Assembly: GCF_006345805.1 (NCBI RefSeq)
Contig: NC_043009.1
Coordinates: 8,804,001 to 8,868,000 of the forward strand
Direction: 5' to 3'
Source of the DNA: Octopus sinensis
Taxonomy: Eukaryota
DNA: 64,000 nt
The position numbers and the translations under genes were made by a program. Shown in pieces: positions 23,881 through 37,325 of the stretch (its first letter is position 1; each line of letters opens with the position of its first letter). The notes beneath the pieces were generated by a model. It worked only from the letters and a program-made list of their open reading frames with translations. It searched no databases and was not told where the DNA came from.

Positions 23881-25659
23881 TTTCCATGCTTGCATGGGTT
23901 GGACAAAGGATTTTCTGGTGCCAAATGGTCTTCTGATCACCAGCTCCCAACTGTTTCAAGCAGGGTAATATTTCTGTGTTTTCACTGAATATTGGACACA
24001 AACACACACGGCACGTGTGTGTGTGTGTGTGTGTAACAGGCTTCTGTTTCCATCAACTAAATTCATTTACAAGGTTTTGGTCAGCCTGGGGCTATAGTAG
24101 AAGACACTTGCCCAAGGTACTACCATAGAAGGATTTAACCCAAGGCCACACAGTTAGGAAGCAAGCTTCTCAACCATACAGCTATGTCACACCCTTAATT
24201 AAATTAAAGAATCCTCTCCACTCTACATCAACTTTATTTATTCACCAACCTCTTTACAAAGAATAATGGGTGCATTTTATCATGGCACCAGTACAAGAGA
24301 GAGAAAGCAGTTGCCTTCTCTTCAGTAGAATTAAAGCATCTTTCTATATTATTTCTCTTGACACACCTGTAATGTACGGGTCATAGGGGTTTTGCTAAAC
24401 ACCCTGAATGGTTTTTAACCTTCACTAGATTTATTACACGCTGGTAGTTTTTAATAAAATCTAAAATTCTTATTGCTATTTTTACCAAAGTTTAAAAAAC
24501 ATTATCTTATTTTTATATTTGGTTTTTTTTTTCTTTGATTTTATTTATTTGGTTAATACACGCAACTTTACACACATGCACCTCAGTCCACCCAGCTGTA
24601 GACATGGACCACATCAACTGAGAAACTTACATTTGATTGACCGACCAACATCCTATCCAGAAAGAGTAGGGTTTATTTCACCATATTCCACAATATAAAA
24701 CAAAAACTACGCACAGGACTGGCTCTTTAAAGTTCTGAGAGATTACTATAGCTGTAAGAGTTACTTGAGTACAGAATGCTCTTCAGAAATGTACAAACAT
24801 CACAGAGAGACTATTACTGAGTTTGAAGACACAAAAACATATAATCTGAAAAGATGGTCTGAGTTTAGTCCACTATTATTAGTGATGGCTACACACCAAA
24901 ATGTGGAGCAACTTGCAAAAAACAAGGCAGGTGGAAGAATCAGCTAAATTCAGATTATTCTTTATCAGGACATTACTTAATAAACTCATCAGTGCTATTA
25001 AGTTACTTTTGGCTTGATATGATGCTGAATAGACTTATATAAAGCAAAGGCTGTTGTGCTATTCTTACATAATATATGTATGTAGGAGGCCTTATTTTGT
25101 TGCAGAAGCCATCTTGTATTCATTGAGAGTTGTGTGGTGTTTGAATACAGTGGTTTGCATCCATAGTCCGATTTAGAAAAGGGGATATGTGGGCTGGTGC
25201 TACCAAGAATGAGTGTTTCTAGGAAAGAGATAGATGAGTCTGTGTGATGTTGCCTTGTTTTAATTCTGCAGATTTACTAGATAACGAAAAATTGGCAAGC
25301 ATTCAAATATACAAACACACACATACAGAGGGACAGAAGAGCCTCAACGCAGTCATTCAACCTGCTAAAGATAGCAGCCAGATCACATCATATTAGCTTT
25401 TCAACAAATGGACACGCTGGACAATTTAGTCCTAGACACCTTATGCTGAATAAAAGGCAAGATGGCTATGGTTGGAAAGCTTTTGATCAATAGATCTGTT
25501 TGATTAGGGCTGACCTGCAGCTAAACAACAACACACGTTATTATCAGGAGTAAGTCAACTTGTCAGAACCTTCTCTCACTTCACTCCAAGCTTTACCCAC
25601 AGAAGGTTTTGGATTCAACACTGCAAGATAACAAACATGTATCAATTATATCTAAGACA

Positions 25660-26055
25660 GTGAACCAGCGGAATCATTACTGAACTGGGAAAAATGCCAA
25701 GTAGCATTTCATCCAAATTTTTCACGTTCTGAGTTCAAATGCCACCAGAGTCCACTTTACATTTCATCCTTTCAGGGGCTAATAAAATAAGTACCAGTTG
25801 AACACTGGGGTCAATGTAATCAACTTCTCCCCTCCCTCGAAATTGCTGGCCTTATATATTCATCTTAAGAGAGTGCGCTAGCAGAATTACCACCACATCG
25901 GAAAAAATATTTAGTGACAGTTCTTTACATTCTGAGTTCAAATTCCACCAGGGTCAATTTTGCTTTTCATCCTTTCAGGGTCAATAAAATAAGTGCCATA
26001 GAGTACTGGAACTGAATTGACTTTCTCCTCCACGCAAAGTCTTGAGCCAAAATTT
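25660..26055 (+). mobile_element. Two tandem degenerate SINE-A2 copies
   Basis: Two successive ttctgagttcaaat..tttcatcctttcaggg..aataaaataagt.cca blocks. Confidence 0.75.
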
Positions 26056-27201
26056 GAAAGAATTATATATTAATCTTGAGAATTTTAGCTCAGACCAGTA
26101 GCTACTAATAACATATATTAAGTGTTCTCAACCATAGGATACAACACAGTGCCGTTGATATCCACATGGAAACTGTCCTGTAGCAAAATTTTTCACTGAA
26201 GAATTTTTCCTTATCTGTCCTCTCTCTGGATTTTAACAATCTGGAACTCTTACCAACCAGATTTTTCCTACAATTGTTCAATCTGAATCTGAACTACATC
26301 AATTTCAAAGATTCTGTTAAAAATCAATCATGGACTGTCCTTCTTTCACTGACCAAGCTATAAATTTTTTTTTTTTTAATATAACCTGCAAATTTTGGTC
26401 AGTATTTTGATGCTGAACATCTCTATTAAACCTTAAAATAACAATTTCAGTTATGCTAATTAGCTAAAGAAGGCTTCCTGACAATCTCCATATCACTAAA
26501 AATGATTGCTTTGGAAAAGTGAAACACATCGGAATTTCACATACAGAAACCTCCTCACTGCTTCCCCCAAAAGGAAAAGAAAATCAGCCAAATTACATCC
26601 TGATTTTTTTTTTTTTTTTAAAGGGATATTAAATATTGTACTTGTGGATAGACTGGGGTACAATGTCAAAAAAAAAAAAAAACATCGCCTCTAGAACTTA
26701 GAACATAGATCATAAAGCAGAAGTCTTGTCCGGAATATAAATCATTTATATGAACAACGGGAGGGTAGTTTAAGGTTTTAACCTTACACCTCATAGGGGA
26801 AACCTTTCAAATAATCTAATTTTTTTCCCAAGTAAAATATTTACAATACCAGACCTGCACGCTACAGGAGTGGGCAGAATATCCGAAATGGTCACTAGAC
26901 TCAATATAACCAGATTTAACACTTGTGCGCGATTTTTAATTAACAGAGCTGACAGGATAGCATGATTTACTGAGTTAACTGCCATACTATGGGATATACG
27001 TAAGCAAGCAACACAGCAGACAGGCAAGAGAACTACAGTTAACTAGAAATAAACTAAAATATATCAAAGTAACAGGAAAATTGTATTGAAATTATCGTCG
27101 TCAGCTAAGCAAAAATGCACTGAATATTCTACCACTTTTGAGTAAGATTCAAGGACAGTCAAATCCTGGTTGTAACAAGAATAATTGATCAAACGTCCCA
27201 C

Positions 27202-27243
<42 letters not shown>

Positions 27244-27244
27244 A

Positions 27245-27453
27245 ATTTCTTTACTACCCACAAGGGGCTAAACACAGAGAGGACAAACAAGGACAGACAA
27301 ACGGATTAAGTCGATTATATCGACTCCAGTGTGTAACTGGTATTTATTTAATCGACCCCGAAAGGATGAAAGGCAAAGCCGACCTCAGCGGAATTTGAAC
27401 TCAGAACGTAGCGGCAGACGAAATACCGCTAAGCATTTTGCCAGGCGTGCTAA

Positions 27454-27457
<4 letters not shown>
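27245..27457 (-). mobile_element. SINE-A
   Basis: Reverse complement of 38302-38527; flanked by (TA)n. Confidence 0.9.
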
Positions 27458-27503
<46 letters not shown>

Positions 27504-27797
27504 GTATATATCATCATCATCATCGTCGTTTAACATCCGTTTTCCGCGCTAGCACAGGTTGGACAGTTCGACCGGGGTCTGATCTGGCAGAGTTTCTACA
27601 GCTGGATGCCCTTCCTAACGCCAACCACTCAATATATATATATTGATAGATTCTTGCATGTATCTGTTTCATTATGTGAGTGACAGGCAGATGAGAGAGA
27701 GAATTAAACCTCTGCATGTTTTATGAAACGAGTTTACAGTAACTCAATTACAGTTACTTAAACAAGTTGCAGAAAACATAGGGAAGTGATAACAATA

Positions 27798-28335
27798 ATC
27801 CTTTTCACTATAGACACAAGGCTTGAAGTTTGTGGGGAGGGGGATAATCAATTACATCACCCCAGTATTTGAATGGTACTTAATTTATCGAGCCCAAAAG
27901 GATGACAGGCAAAGTCGACCTCAGAACGTTAGAGACGGACGAAAAACCGCCAAGCATTTTTCTTCCAGCGTGCTAGCGATTCTGCCAGTTCGCCGCCATA
28001 ATAATAATTCTTTCTACTAAAATTCACAAGCCCTGAAATTTGCAGGAAGGGAACTAGTCGATTACATCGACCCCAATGTTTTACTGGTACTTAATTTATC
28101 GACCCCGAAAGGACGAAAAGCTAAGTCGATCTCGCCTCGGTGGAATTTCAACCCAGAAACGTGAAGACGGACGAAATACCGCTATGCATTTTGCTAACGA
28201 CCTGCCAGCTCGCGACCTTTCACAAGATCATTAATTTTGAGGGCATAGGGTTAGTCGATACCATCGACCCCCCCCCCCCCCAGTACATCACTGGGACTTT
28301 ATTTTAAGCCCGAGAGATTGGAAGGCCAAGCTGAC
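27798..28335 (-). mobile_element. Three successive SINE-A2 copies
   Basis: Three caagg/cctgaa.ttt..gtcgat.acatcgacccc..ggtact units at about 27798-27990, 28007-28216 and 28225-28335. Confidence 0.8.
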
Positions 28336-29199
28336 TTGCGATAGCAAAGTTAAATACTACAGAAATAGATTCGATTAAATCTTACCGCCAAAACCATTTA
28401 TTCGGCAGGCAGAGCAACCAATTATGAGCCCGTGTCTCACAATTGAAATATCTGAATGAGAGAAATATTTGAGAATGTTTAATGAAGTAACGAGAGGACA
28501 GCTACGTAGGTTGTGTTGTTGAGGATGGTGGCAATATGACACAGCAATTATGGCTAAATTATCAATAAGTGGATGGATGTTTGTGTCGGCAAGGAAACCC
28601 CGACGTGGTTGCTGGAACTGCTAGAAATAATAGATAAACTTCCTTCAAATTAACCATAAAAAAGAACATATAGAGTGATGTGATCCGAGGTGCACAATAT
28701 GTAAACGAAAAGGAGATAGATTTCACAGTGAGGGGAGCATCACAAGGACAACAATTTGTGTGGGGATTTACATAAAGGATGAGGAGAGAGAAATGGAAAA
28801 GACGGGGAAATGCGATAAAAGTATGCATAGAATGTGATAACATGAATGATGCAGTCCTCCTGATACAGGAGAAACTCCAGCTAGGGCCAGTCAAGGAACC
28901 TCACAGATCAAGGATTCCTTTCTATTAATAAGTACAAGACCTGAAATTTGGGTGAAGGTGGTTTGTCGATTACATCGACCCCAGTGACTCAACTGATACT
29001 TATTTTATGAACCCCAAAAGGATGAAAGGCAGAAGCGCAGTTTGGTTTCCGCAATAAGGCCCCAACTCTCACAATACCAACCAACCAACCACTACCTGCC
29101 TGTTCGTAAACATCCTGACATATCTACAACACTCGAGAACACTACCATTCCCACTTAGTCCAGCACACACACACACACACACAAACAATTAGCAGCGAC

Positions 29200-29253
29200 A
29201 ACAATAACTTTTTTTTTCCTAACAATAACTTTTTTTTTCCTAACAATAACTTT
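29200..29253. repeat. 21-bp minisatellite, 2.5 units (aacaataactttttttttcct)
   Basis: Directly visible. Confidence 0.9.
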
Positions 29254-29631
29254 ATTATTTATAAAAGCTGCTGTGAAGCAAACCGCCGCCAGAGAAACAG
29301 AAGCCGTCGCGCTTCTTCTACTGAGGACATCAAAAGCACCAAATGACAAACTAGACAGTGAATGAAGGAAAAGCAAACATGCTTAGACAAATAATACGCT
29401 GCATGGCAGGTATTAAAACCAGCTGAGGGTGATCACTTAGAGGAGAGGACAAAAATCGCAGCTAGCCACTGAAAAGCCGTTGTGCCATTGCCTGAACAGA
29501 GCCTACCCCTGTTACTCTGGTTCTTGAAGAAAATTAGGAATGTGTATCATAATATCTGGATCCGCTCCCGGTGGAGAAAAATGGAAACGAAAATGTGTAA
29601 TGCACCGTATATTAAAGAAATATGAGGGGAA

Positions 29632-30049
29632 TTTTTTTTTTACGACCCACAAGGGGGCTAAACACAGAGAGGACAAACAAGGACAGATAAACGGATTAAG
29701 TCGATTACATCGACCCCAGTGCGTAACTGGTACTTAATTTTCGACCCCGAAAGGATGAAAGGCAAAGACAACCTCGGCGGAATTTGAACTCAGAACGTAA
29801 CGGCAGACAAAATACCTATTTCTTTATTACCCACAAGGGGCTAAACACAGAGGGGACAAACAAAGACAGACAAACGGATTAAGTCGATTATATCGACCCC
29901 AGTGCGTAACTGGTACTTAATTTATCGACCCCGAAAGGATGAAAGGCAAAGTCGACCTCGGCGGAATTTGAACTCAGAACGTAGCGGCAGACGAAATACC
30001 GCTAAGCATTTCGCCCGGCGTGCTAACGATTCTGCCAGCTCGCCGCCTT
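29632..30049 (-). mobile_element. Tandem SINE-A dimer (full-length copy 29817-30049 joined to a 5'-truncated copy)
   Basis: Junction ..caaaatacc|tatttctttattaccc.. at 29816/29817. Both copies are young with CpGs intact. Confidence 0.9.
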
Positions 30050-31458
30050 TTATGAGGGGGAAAAATGATGCAGGATATACAGGACAGGCAAAGGGTGAAT
30101 ATAATAAGCCAAAGGGTGTGCGAAGTATTGTAGAGTAAGATTTGTCGGTGAACTGAATTTGTGATGGTTGTTGTAATGTACCCAATTCGATACCCCACTG
30201 TTGACATCGAATAGCGGCTAAATGTTCGTCCACCCAAAACTGAATAAAATCAGTGTTGCATGGAAGAAAGGAAGAGATACGCATGATTTGATATGTGATG
30301 TGACATTCTGAATGTAATACGACACGTAGTATGAAACGTTCCATACATAACATCAATAACCTACCCATCCCGCGGACTGTGGAGTTTTTTAAGAACAACG
30401 GGATGGGAAGGTACATGTTTGCCAAATTCCCAGCCAAACCTCAAAACACAAGAAAAAAACCCAACCAAGCGTATCTTATAAAATAAATGATCACTTTTTT
30501 TTAAAACTTCTGTAAAATTTATAAATTTAAATTTATGCAGGCTTAGGTAAAAGGAAAGAGCTTACAAAGAGAAATGCAACCCTTATCTGGGGAATCCATT
30601 TAACTACGTCAATATTTATTTGTAATGGGATAATAATTTAGAGAAAGCTGAAAGGAAAAAGTTAAGACGAGCAGAGAGGTTCGCCCCCGACCGAGGTTTG
30701 TGGCCAACCCACCTTTGGCTTGTAATACTTTTTTTAAGAAATGATGCAATGTCATTTTTTGTTTAAAACATGAGTGATGTTTCGGGGAAATTTGGTTGCT
30801 ATTTCTAGCAAATCGATCGTCCACTTACACATTTCCTCGTAAGAAAAAAAAATAGTATTAGCCTGTTTGTAAAATTGTTTTGAGTTAAAAGGGAATATTT
30901 TCCACATCAGTTAACTAAATAAAAGGCAAAATATTACTGAAAAATTATCAACCTATCAGAAGAGATATATATCCATGCGTTAAGGTGAATACGTGAGTTT
31001 CACTACGAATCTGTGTAATGAAAGTGCGTACGCGCAATTAGGATTTTAAAAAAAAGAAAAAACTTGTATGAATGAGTAGGAGGGTGTGTGCGAGAGAAAG
31101 AGAGAGGGAATGAAGGAAAGAGAGAGGGGAGGAAAGGCTGTGAATGAGTGAAATTGTAAGCAATGTAGAGGAGGAATGGGATAAAGAGAGAAATGTAAGA
31201 AAAGAATATGTGAATGAAGGAGGTGGAGCAAATATGAATACGAGATGAGAGTGAGTATGGCCCGGATGTGCCACTGAGAGAAATGTATGTCACTCAGAGC
31301 GAAGATATGTATTTGTGTAAGCATGTGAGTTAATCTCGAGGTAGATTCGTAGGGCAACGAGAGAGAAAGATTATCTAATTCCTTATCGCGCACGCCTGTA
31401 TGTATATATATATATATATATATGGAGAGAGAGAGAGAGAGAGATCCTATATATATAT

Positions 31459-31659
31459 CTCTTTTCTCTTTTACTTGTTTCAGTCATTTGACTGCGGCCA
31501 TGCTGGAGCACCGCCTTTAATCGAGCAACTCGACCCCAGGACTTATTCTTTTCTAAGCCCAGTACTTATTCTATCGGTCTCTTTTGCCGAACCGCTAAGT
31601 GACGGGGACATAAACACACCAGCATCGGTTGTCAAGCAATGCTAGGGGGGAAAACACAG

Positions 31660-31702
<43 letters not shown>

Positions 31703-31860
31703 TACGACGGGCTTCTTTCAGTTTCCGTCTACCAAATCCACTCACAAGGCATTGGTCGGCCCGAGGCTATAGTAGAAGATACTTGCCCAAGGTGCCACAC
31801 AGTGGGACTGAACCCGGAACCATGTGGTTGGTAAACAGGCTACTTACCACACAGCCACTC
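31459..31860 (-). mobile_element. SINE-B, full length, young
   Basis: High identity to 2873-3268 with CpGs intact. Confidence 0.9.
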
Positions 31861-32198
31861 AAGTGTGTGGAATATTATGTACATGTAATTGCATTCAGTA
31901 TATGAACGTGACGGTATACTGTATGTAATACATGCGTGTTGTTTAAAAAAATCCCTTGTGTCAACTCAGATCGAAGGGGCTTATTTATGATCAAGAACAG
32001 TCTATCCCCATTCCGTCGAGGACTATAGTATCCAACTGTTATTTCTTTTCTTTTAAAATGGTTGGGTGTGATTTGAGCGGTATCGTGTTGTTATTTCTAG
32101 CAGGTCGAGCGACCAGATAGAGATTCTTAGCGTGTGGGAGGGAAACAAATAAGCGAATGTAAACGTGACTATGAAAGCTGTGGGGGCGGGCACGCGCG

Positions 32199-32259
<61 letters not shown>

Positions 32260-32771
32260 GGTGGGCGCGCGAGATCGAGTGTGTGTATGCATAAGGAACC
32301 CAGAACTAGATTGTATCTAAGACGATATGTGTTTTTGTAGTCGTGTAAACGTGCCTTCTGTCAGCGTGTTGCATTCACTGCTGCAGTATAACCCAAAGCA
32401 GGAGTGTGAGAACAAGATTGACCGTTAGAAATTTCCCTCCAGTTTTACAACCAATTGTTGAGAGCTACCAGGTCATACCTAACAAGCTACTACCGAGTGA
32501 CCTAACTATGTTACCATCGCCTCCACCATCATACAACGAAGGGTGACAGGCGAAAGTAAAGAATACGCACACCCAGTAATTAGGGTTAGGGTTTTTGTTG
32601 CGTCGAAAACGGTTGGTGTACGTATTCTTTACCTCCGCCATATATACATACATACATACACACAAGTAAGCCCTTAAATGCAAACCAAGAGGGGGAGGAA
32701 TAGTACTCGAACACCAAGGTAGAGTAATATACTTTATTATAAGCTGCAAAATTATCGCAAAGCTATTAGAG

Positions 32772-33176
32772 GGATCTTTTCGGTTTGAACGGCAGTTTTT
32801 AGCATAATTTCTAGGTAACTAAAAAATTTTAAACTTCGTATACTGGTAGAATGTGTTTATAAAACATCTTTTTCTCTTGGCTTTATTGAGAAAATTCTAT
32901 AGTTTGTAAGATATTTATTGTTTTTTTTCCCTTCAATTTCGACCAATCAATGACGTCTATTGAGGTAAAAAAACCTTCTGTGCCGTATGAATATGTCCCT
33001 CGTTTAAGAAACAGATTGGGTTTATTTACATTTGTGAAGAAAAAAAAGATACCCTTCCCCCACCCCTAACCCTAATCGAGACTGAAATGCAATAGATCGA
33101 TACTAGGGTCATAATTATGGGTGACAATTTCATGTGACACCGCTTGAAAAAACTGCCGTTCAAACCGAAAAGATCC
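32772..33176. mobile_element. MITE with 28-bp perfect TIRs and 3-bp TSD (PIF/Harbinger-like)
   Basis: ggatcttttcggtttgaacggcagtttt / aaaactgccgttcaaaccgaaaagatcc. TSD gag at 32769-32771 and 33177-33179. Confidence 0.85.
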
Positions 33177-33379
33177 GAGGAATTTAAAAGGATAGGTGCT
33201 GCACTTTGGAGAATGTGGAACACACACAAGCGTATGTGTGTCTAAGACACTTTGCTAGCATTTTCTTAAATGCCACTCCCCACCACCACCATTTCATTTT
33301 AGTTCATTTTATCAGGCCAACTTTTTACATGCAGAGAATTTAGACATTCTTGCAAAGAATGTAGAGCAGGCCAACTTAA

Positions 33380-33890
33380 AGACCTGGCCTCATTGCCGGC
33401 ATGACAGGCATTGACTATTGGGGTCGACTAAAAAATCTCCAACGCCGCCGTCAGCGCTACATCATTTGTGTTGTGTGGAAAATATTCCATCAATATTGCA
33501 CAAATGATGTTGGCATCAATTTTAAAACACACCCAACTACAAAAATCGAACTCAAGGAACATAAGATGTTTTATAAACACTTATGTGGAAAGACCGACTG
33601 ACACAACAACTTTAACCAGTCCAGCTTTCTTTAATATTATACCAAAATACATCAAAACGGAAACAGATCCCATAAATTTGAAAAGTTCTCTGGACAAATT
33701 TCTCAAAAAGATCCCAAATCAACCCCCTACACCCGGATGTCTCCAACAATAACTCCTTCCTGGAGTGGGCCATGGGTGTCCCATATATAAGTGAGGTGTG
33801 AATCAAGACTTCACCAGGTGGTGCTACTAAGTTAGACATGGCCTGGTCCTATACTAGCCCAAACCTATCTAAGTTATACAATATATATAT
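33380..33890 (+). pseudogene. CR1/L2-group LINE 3' end
   Basis: Translates DYWGRLKNL-QRRRQRYIICVVWKIF.. (compare YWERL..LYSLQRRRERY.II..WKI) and, after a frameshift, FNIIPKYIK..DPINLKSSLDKFLKKIPNQPPTPG. Confidence 0.8.
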
Positions 33891-35865
33891 AAAATATATG
33901 AGACCTTTCCATCAACGTCTATTTACTAACGAACAGAACGAGACATTTAACCGAGGTTAATTATTCGGTGTCACCATCCACATGGAAATCCCTACATCAG
34001 ATATCTTCTACAAAAATCTTGAAGAGGAGGATTACAAACGCTGTGACTTCAATCCTTTCTGCAAGTACGGGAGATAACTCCGAATAAGTTTTAACCTTAT
34101 TAAGACCTCCCCAGCGAAGCATACACTTCATTCTTGCAGAAAGAAACATACTAATTAGAATATAGTATTACCACCCAGTAGGTAGAGAAAATTGGTACAT
34201 TCAAATTTTTTTTAGATAGATAACTTAACCAGACATCACTATTATACTCTTTTCCTGCATTAGTATGTGTACTGTGCGTTTTTTTCCTCTATGTTTTCAT
34301 GTTCTACATTAAAATATATTAACCTACCTCTATACTACTTTTGCAGTTTCGTTGTTCCGAGTTCAAATCGCGTATCAGTCGACCGTGATTATCTTTTCTA
34401 TAAGAGAAGTTCGATAAAATGAATTACAGTGTATGGTCTAGAGATGATCCAAATTGATTTTGTACACCCCACTTTGTAAAAAAGAAATGAAAAATGGTGG
34501 GGGGGAATCTGCTATACGGTCTGAGCAAATTAACTTCTTTCGTAGATGACAACCCTTCACTACAAAAATCATGGTGGCGTCAATTCTGACCGAACAGTCC
34601 TATAACTTGAAGGCAGTTAAGCACGATCCACAGATCTGGTTTTCCACTTATACTCTGTCTCAGCCTGTCTAGCTGATAACCATATACAAATTACGACATG
34701 CAATGATGAATCGTATAGGAGCCGCAGTTAGATGTTGCTAAGCAAAGCGTTGTTGCTTTGCCCTAGACCTATGATTAAGTGCGTTTGTTCCAACTAACCA
34801 CCCATCTTTTTTTTAATACAACTCTATTCTACGTTATCCAGTGTCACTTCTATAACAAATATAGGTTATGGTTTGAGGAAGGGATGGCTGCTATTTCTAC
34901 TAAGCCGAAGTTCGCTTAGTGGTTAATGAGAAGTAATTAGCAGAGTTCACTAACCATATTCCACTCTTAATAGAAATCCTTTCATCTATGTTACAAATTC
35001 ACAGGGGAGAAAAAGAAATGTCACGTCTGAAATCCGAAAGAAATTTGTGTATCTGCAATCATTAATATTGTCATCATTAATTAATAAGGCATCAGATGAT
35101 GACTAGCAAAAGGGAAGCGGTGCAGCGGATAGCACTGAATGAAGTCCATGTGAAAACGAGTTTCGGTCGGGACAAGTGCGTGGGAAATTCTAAGATGATG
35201 CTTTGAAAGGAAGGCCTGAGTCGGAGGTGGGGTAGGGCATCGAGTGTTAGGTCTTTAATGAACAGGAGCTCTCAGCATCGAATCTCGTAAAAATGTGCGT
35301 AGATAGGTTGTAAAATCTTCCCCTATGACCAGCGTGCAGTAAATTAAAACCAGTTGGCGAGTAAGGAAATTGGATGAAAATGATAGTAAGCTGTGGTAGC
35401 AGGCTGTATAGTGGAAATATGTGTGTGTGGAAAGACCGACTGACAGCTCGCTCAATTAGCCCACACACAACAGAGTCGCCTACATAAACTAAGTGTAGGA
35501 ACACATGCAACTGTGAGCAAATATCTACCTGACCGACATTATTAATGCGTGTGTATTCCGAATGAAGCGCGCACCTACACACACACAGACACACATAGAT
35601 TTAACACCAAAACAATAAAAATAACACCAATTAAGACAGATTTTGCACCGTTATTAGTCTCAGTTTCGTGTTCCCGCTTTTCTACAGACACACACACACG
35701 TATAATTCGAAATTTTAGTCCTATTTCTCATATTCTTAAAAAAAAAAAGCATCAGAACGCACTCAATATCTGTACTTTAGATGAAAATATATACATATAT
35801 ATTCTAAATCATTTTAGCTTATACCTAACTGACAAGCGCAGAGTATAACAAACACCTCAGATTTT

Positions 35866-35903
35866 ATATATATATATATATGTATATATATATAATATAT
35901 ATA

Positions 35904-35976
<73 letters not shown>
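35866..35976. repeat. Long (TA)n microsatellite
   Basis: Directly visible. Confidence 0.95.
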
Positions 35977-35979
<3 letters not shown>

Positions 35980-36437
35980 TTGTATATTTGTCAGTACATA
36001 TCTGTATGTGGGCGTGCGTATGGTGTGAGAGAGAGAGAAAGAAACGGTTTTCCAAGCTGGGAAATATTACAACGCAATAAATTTTTCGAAAAGGGGAAAC
36101 CAACACAAGACAAACGGACAGACAAAAAAGGAAAATATTTTCTAGTTTTTTTCTTAATGTTTGTGTATGTAATGAAATGGCGAAATGACATGTAGCAATA
36201 ACAATGTAAAAATGTTGATTTAAGAAGAAGAAAAAAAAGGCGGGTAATGGCAGGGGTGGAGGAGGAAGAAAAACGATTAATGAAGCTAGACATCAAATCA
36301 GATATGTTTATTGGAATTTCTCTTGTTTATTGATTCGAAAATAGGTCTCATTGTTTGTTTTTTTTCCAGTTTTCTCTTTTAGACTAAACTAGAAAACAAT
36401 AATACTCAGACATCATCAGTGCGACTATGCGCGTGCG

Positions 36438-36439
<2 letters not shown>

Positions 36440-36491
<52 letters not shown>

Positions 36492-36526
36492 ATATATAAT
36501 ATATATATATTATATATATATATTTT
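36440..36526. repeat. (TA)n microsatellite
   Basis: Directly visible. Confidence 0.95.
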
Positions 36527-36615
36527 AATCAATATCAGGGTAGCAAAAAATTCAAGAGAAATTTTTCGCCACCAGCGGTCCAGTGAGAAAGAAAAAGTAG
36601 TCAACAGACTATATA

Positions 36616-36857
36616 ATATACATACAACAATATTAAGGAATGGCCTTGATAGGCCATTCGACTCACTAGAAAGAGCAGCTAGACTCAAACCGCTAAATAG
36701 TTGTAATTCAGAAACCAAAGGAAAATAAAAACAGGTAAATGTTTTTATTTTCCTTTGGTTTCTGAATTACAACTATTTAGCGGTTTGAGTTTAGCTGCTC
36801 TTTCTAGTGGGTCGATTGGCCTATCAAGGCCATTCCTTAATATTGCTGTATGTATAT
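36616..36857. repeat. Long inverted repeat: 118-bp arms, 6-nt spacer
   Basis: Arms 36616-36733 and 36740-36857, spacer ggtaaa. I counted 4 mismatches by eye. Confidence 0.95.
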
Positions 36858-36982
36858 ATATATTATCCGTGTCTCTTAGTATTCATACTTACAGCTAATA
36901 TCTCCATATTAAATAAAATACATTTAACATTTATATTTCAGAAATGTTCTACTTCCACATAACAATCTGCGTGTTTGTGGAC

Positions 36983-36997
36983 AACTGCAAATTACAG

Positions 36998-37056
<59 letters not shown>

Positions 37057-37062
37057 CAACAT

Positions 37063-37099
<37 letters not shown>

Positions 37100-37100
37100 C
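36983..37100. repeat. (TA)n plus (GA)n compound microsatellite
   Basis: Directly visible. Confidence 0.95.
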
Positions 37101-37277
37101 AGCACATACTACATAATTAATATGTACACCTTCGTTAACTGTATGTTAGCTGTCTATTTTATTCGCAACTACACACGTTCGTTGTATACACTCTTGCTAA
37201 ATAACAATTCACACAGCTGTGACTACGGCAAAAACAGCATTTAACTAAATCGACTATGTTAGCTTGGTGCGTGTGTA

Positions 37278-37325
<48 letters not shown>

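Noticed and set aside
25060-25280. Possible I/Nimb-clade LINE fragment (SKSDYGC) on the minus strand
   Set aside because: Only one short motif matches; too weak to call.
28380-28420. E2F-like plus CCAAT promoter motifs (a similar E2F-like site lies at about 51218)
   Set aside because: Short motifs are expected by chance and no downstream gene is identifiable.
29902-30437. 171-aa and related ORFs with RRAKCLAVFRLPLRSEFKFRRGRLCLSSF, and MRNWYLIYRPRKDERQSRPRR
   Set aside because: These recurrent peptides are translations of SINE-A, seen at every copy, not genes.
32579-32592. Telomeric TTAGGG repeats
   Set aside because: Only two units; the ccctaa match at about 33063 is inside a MITE.
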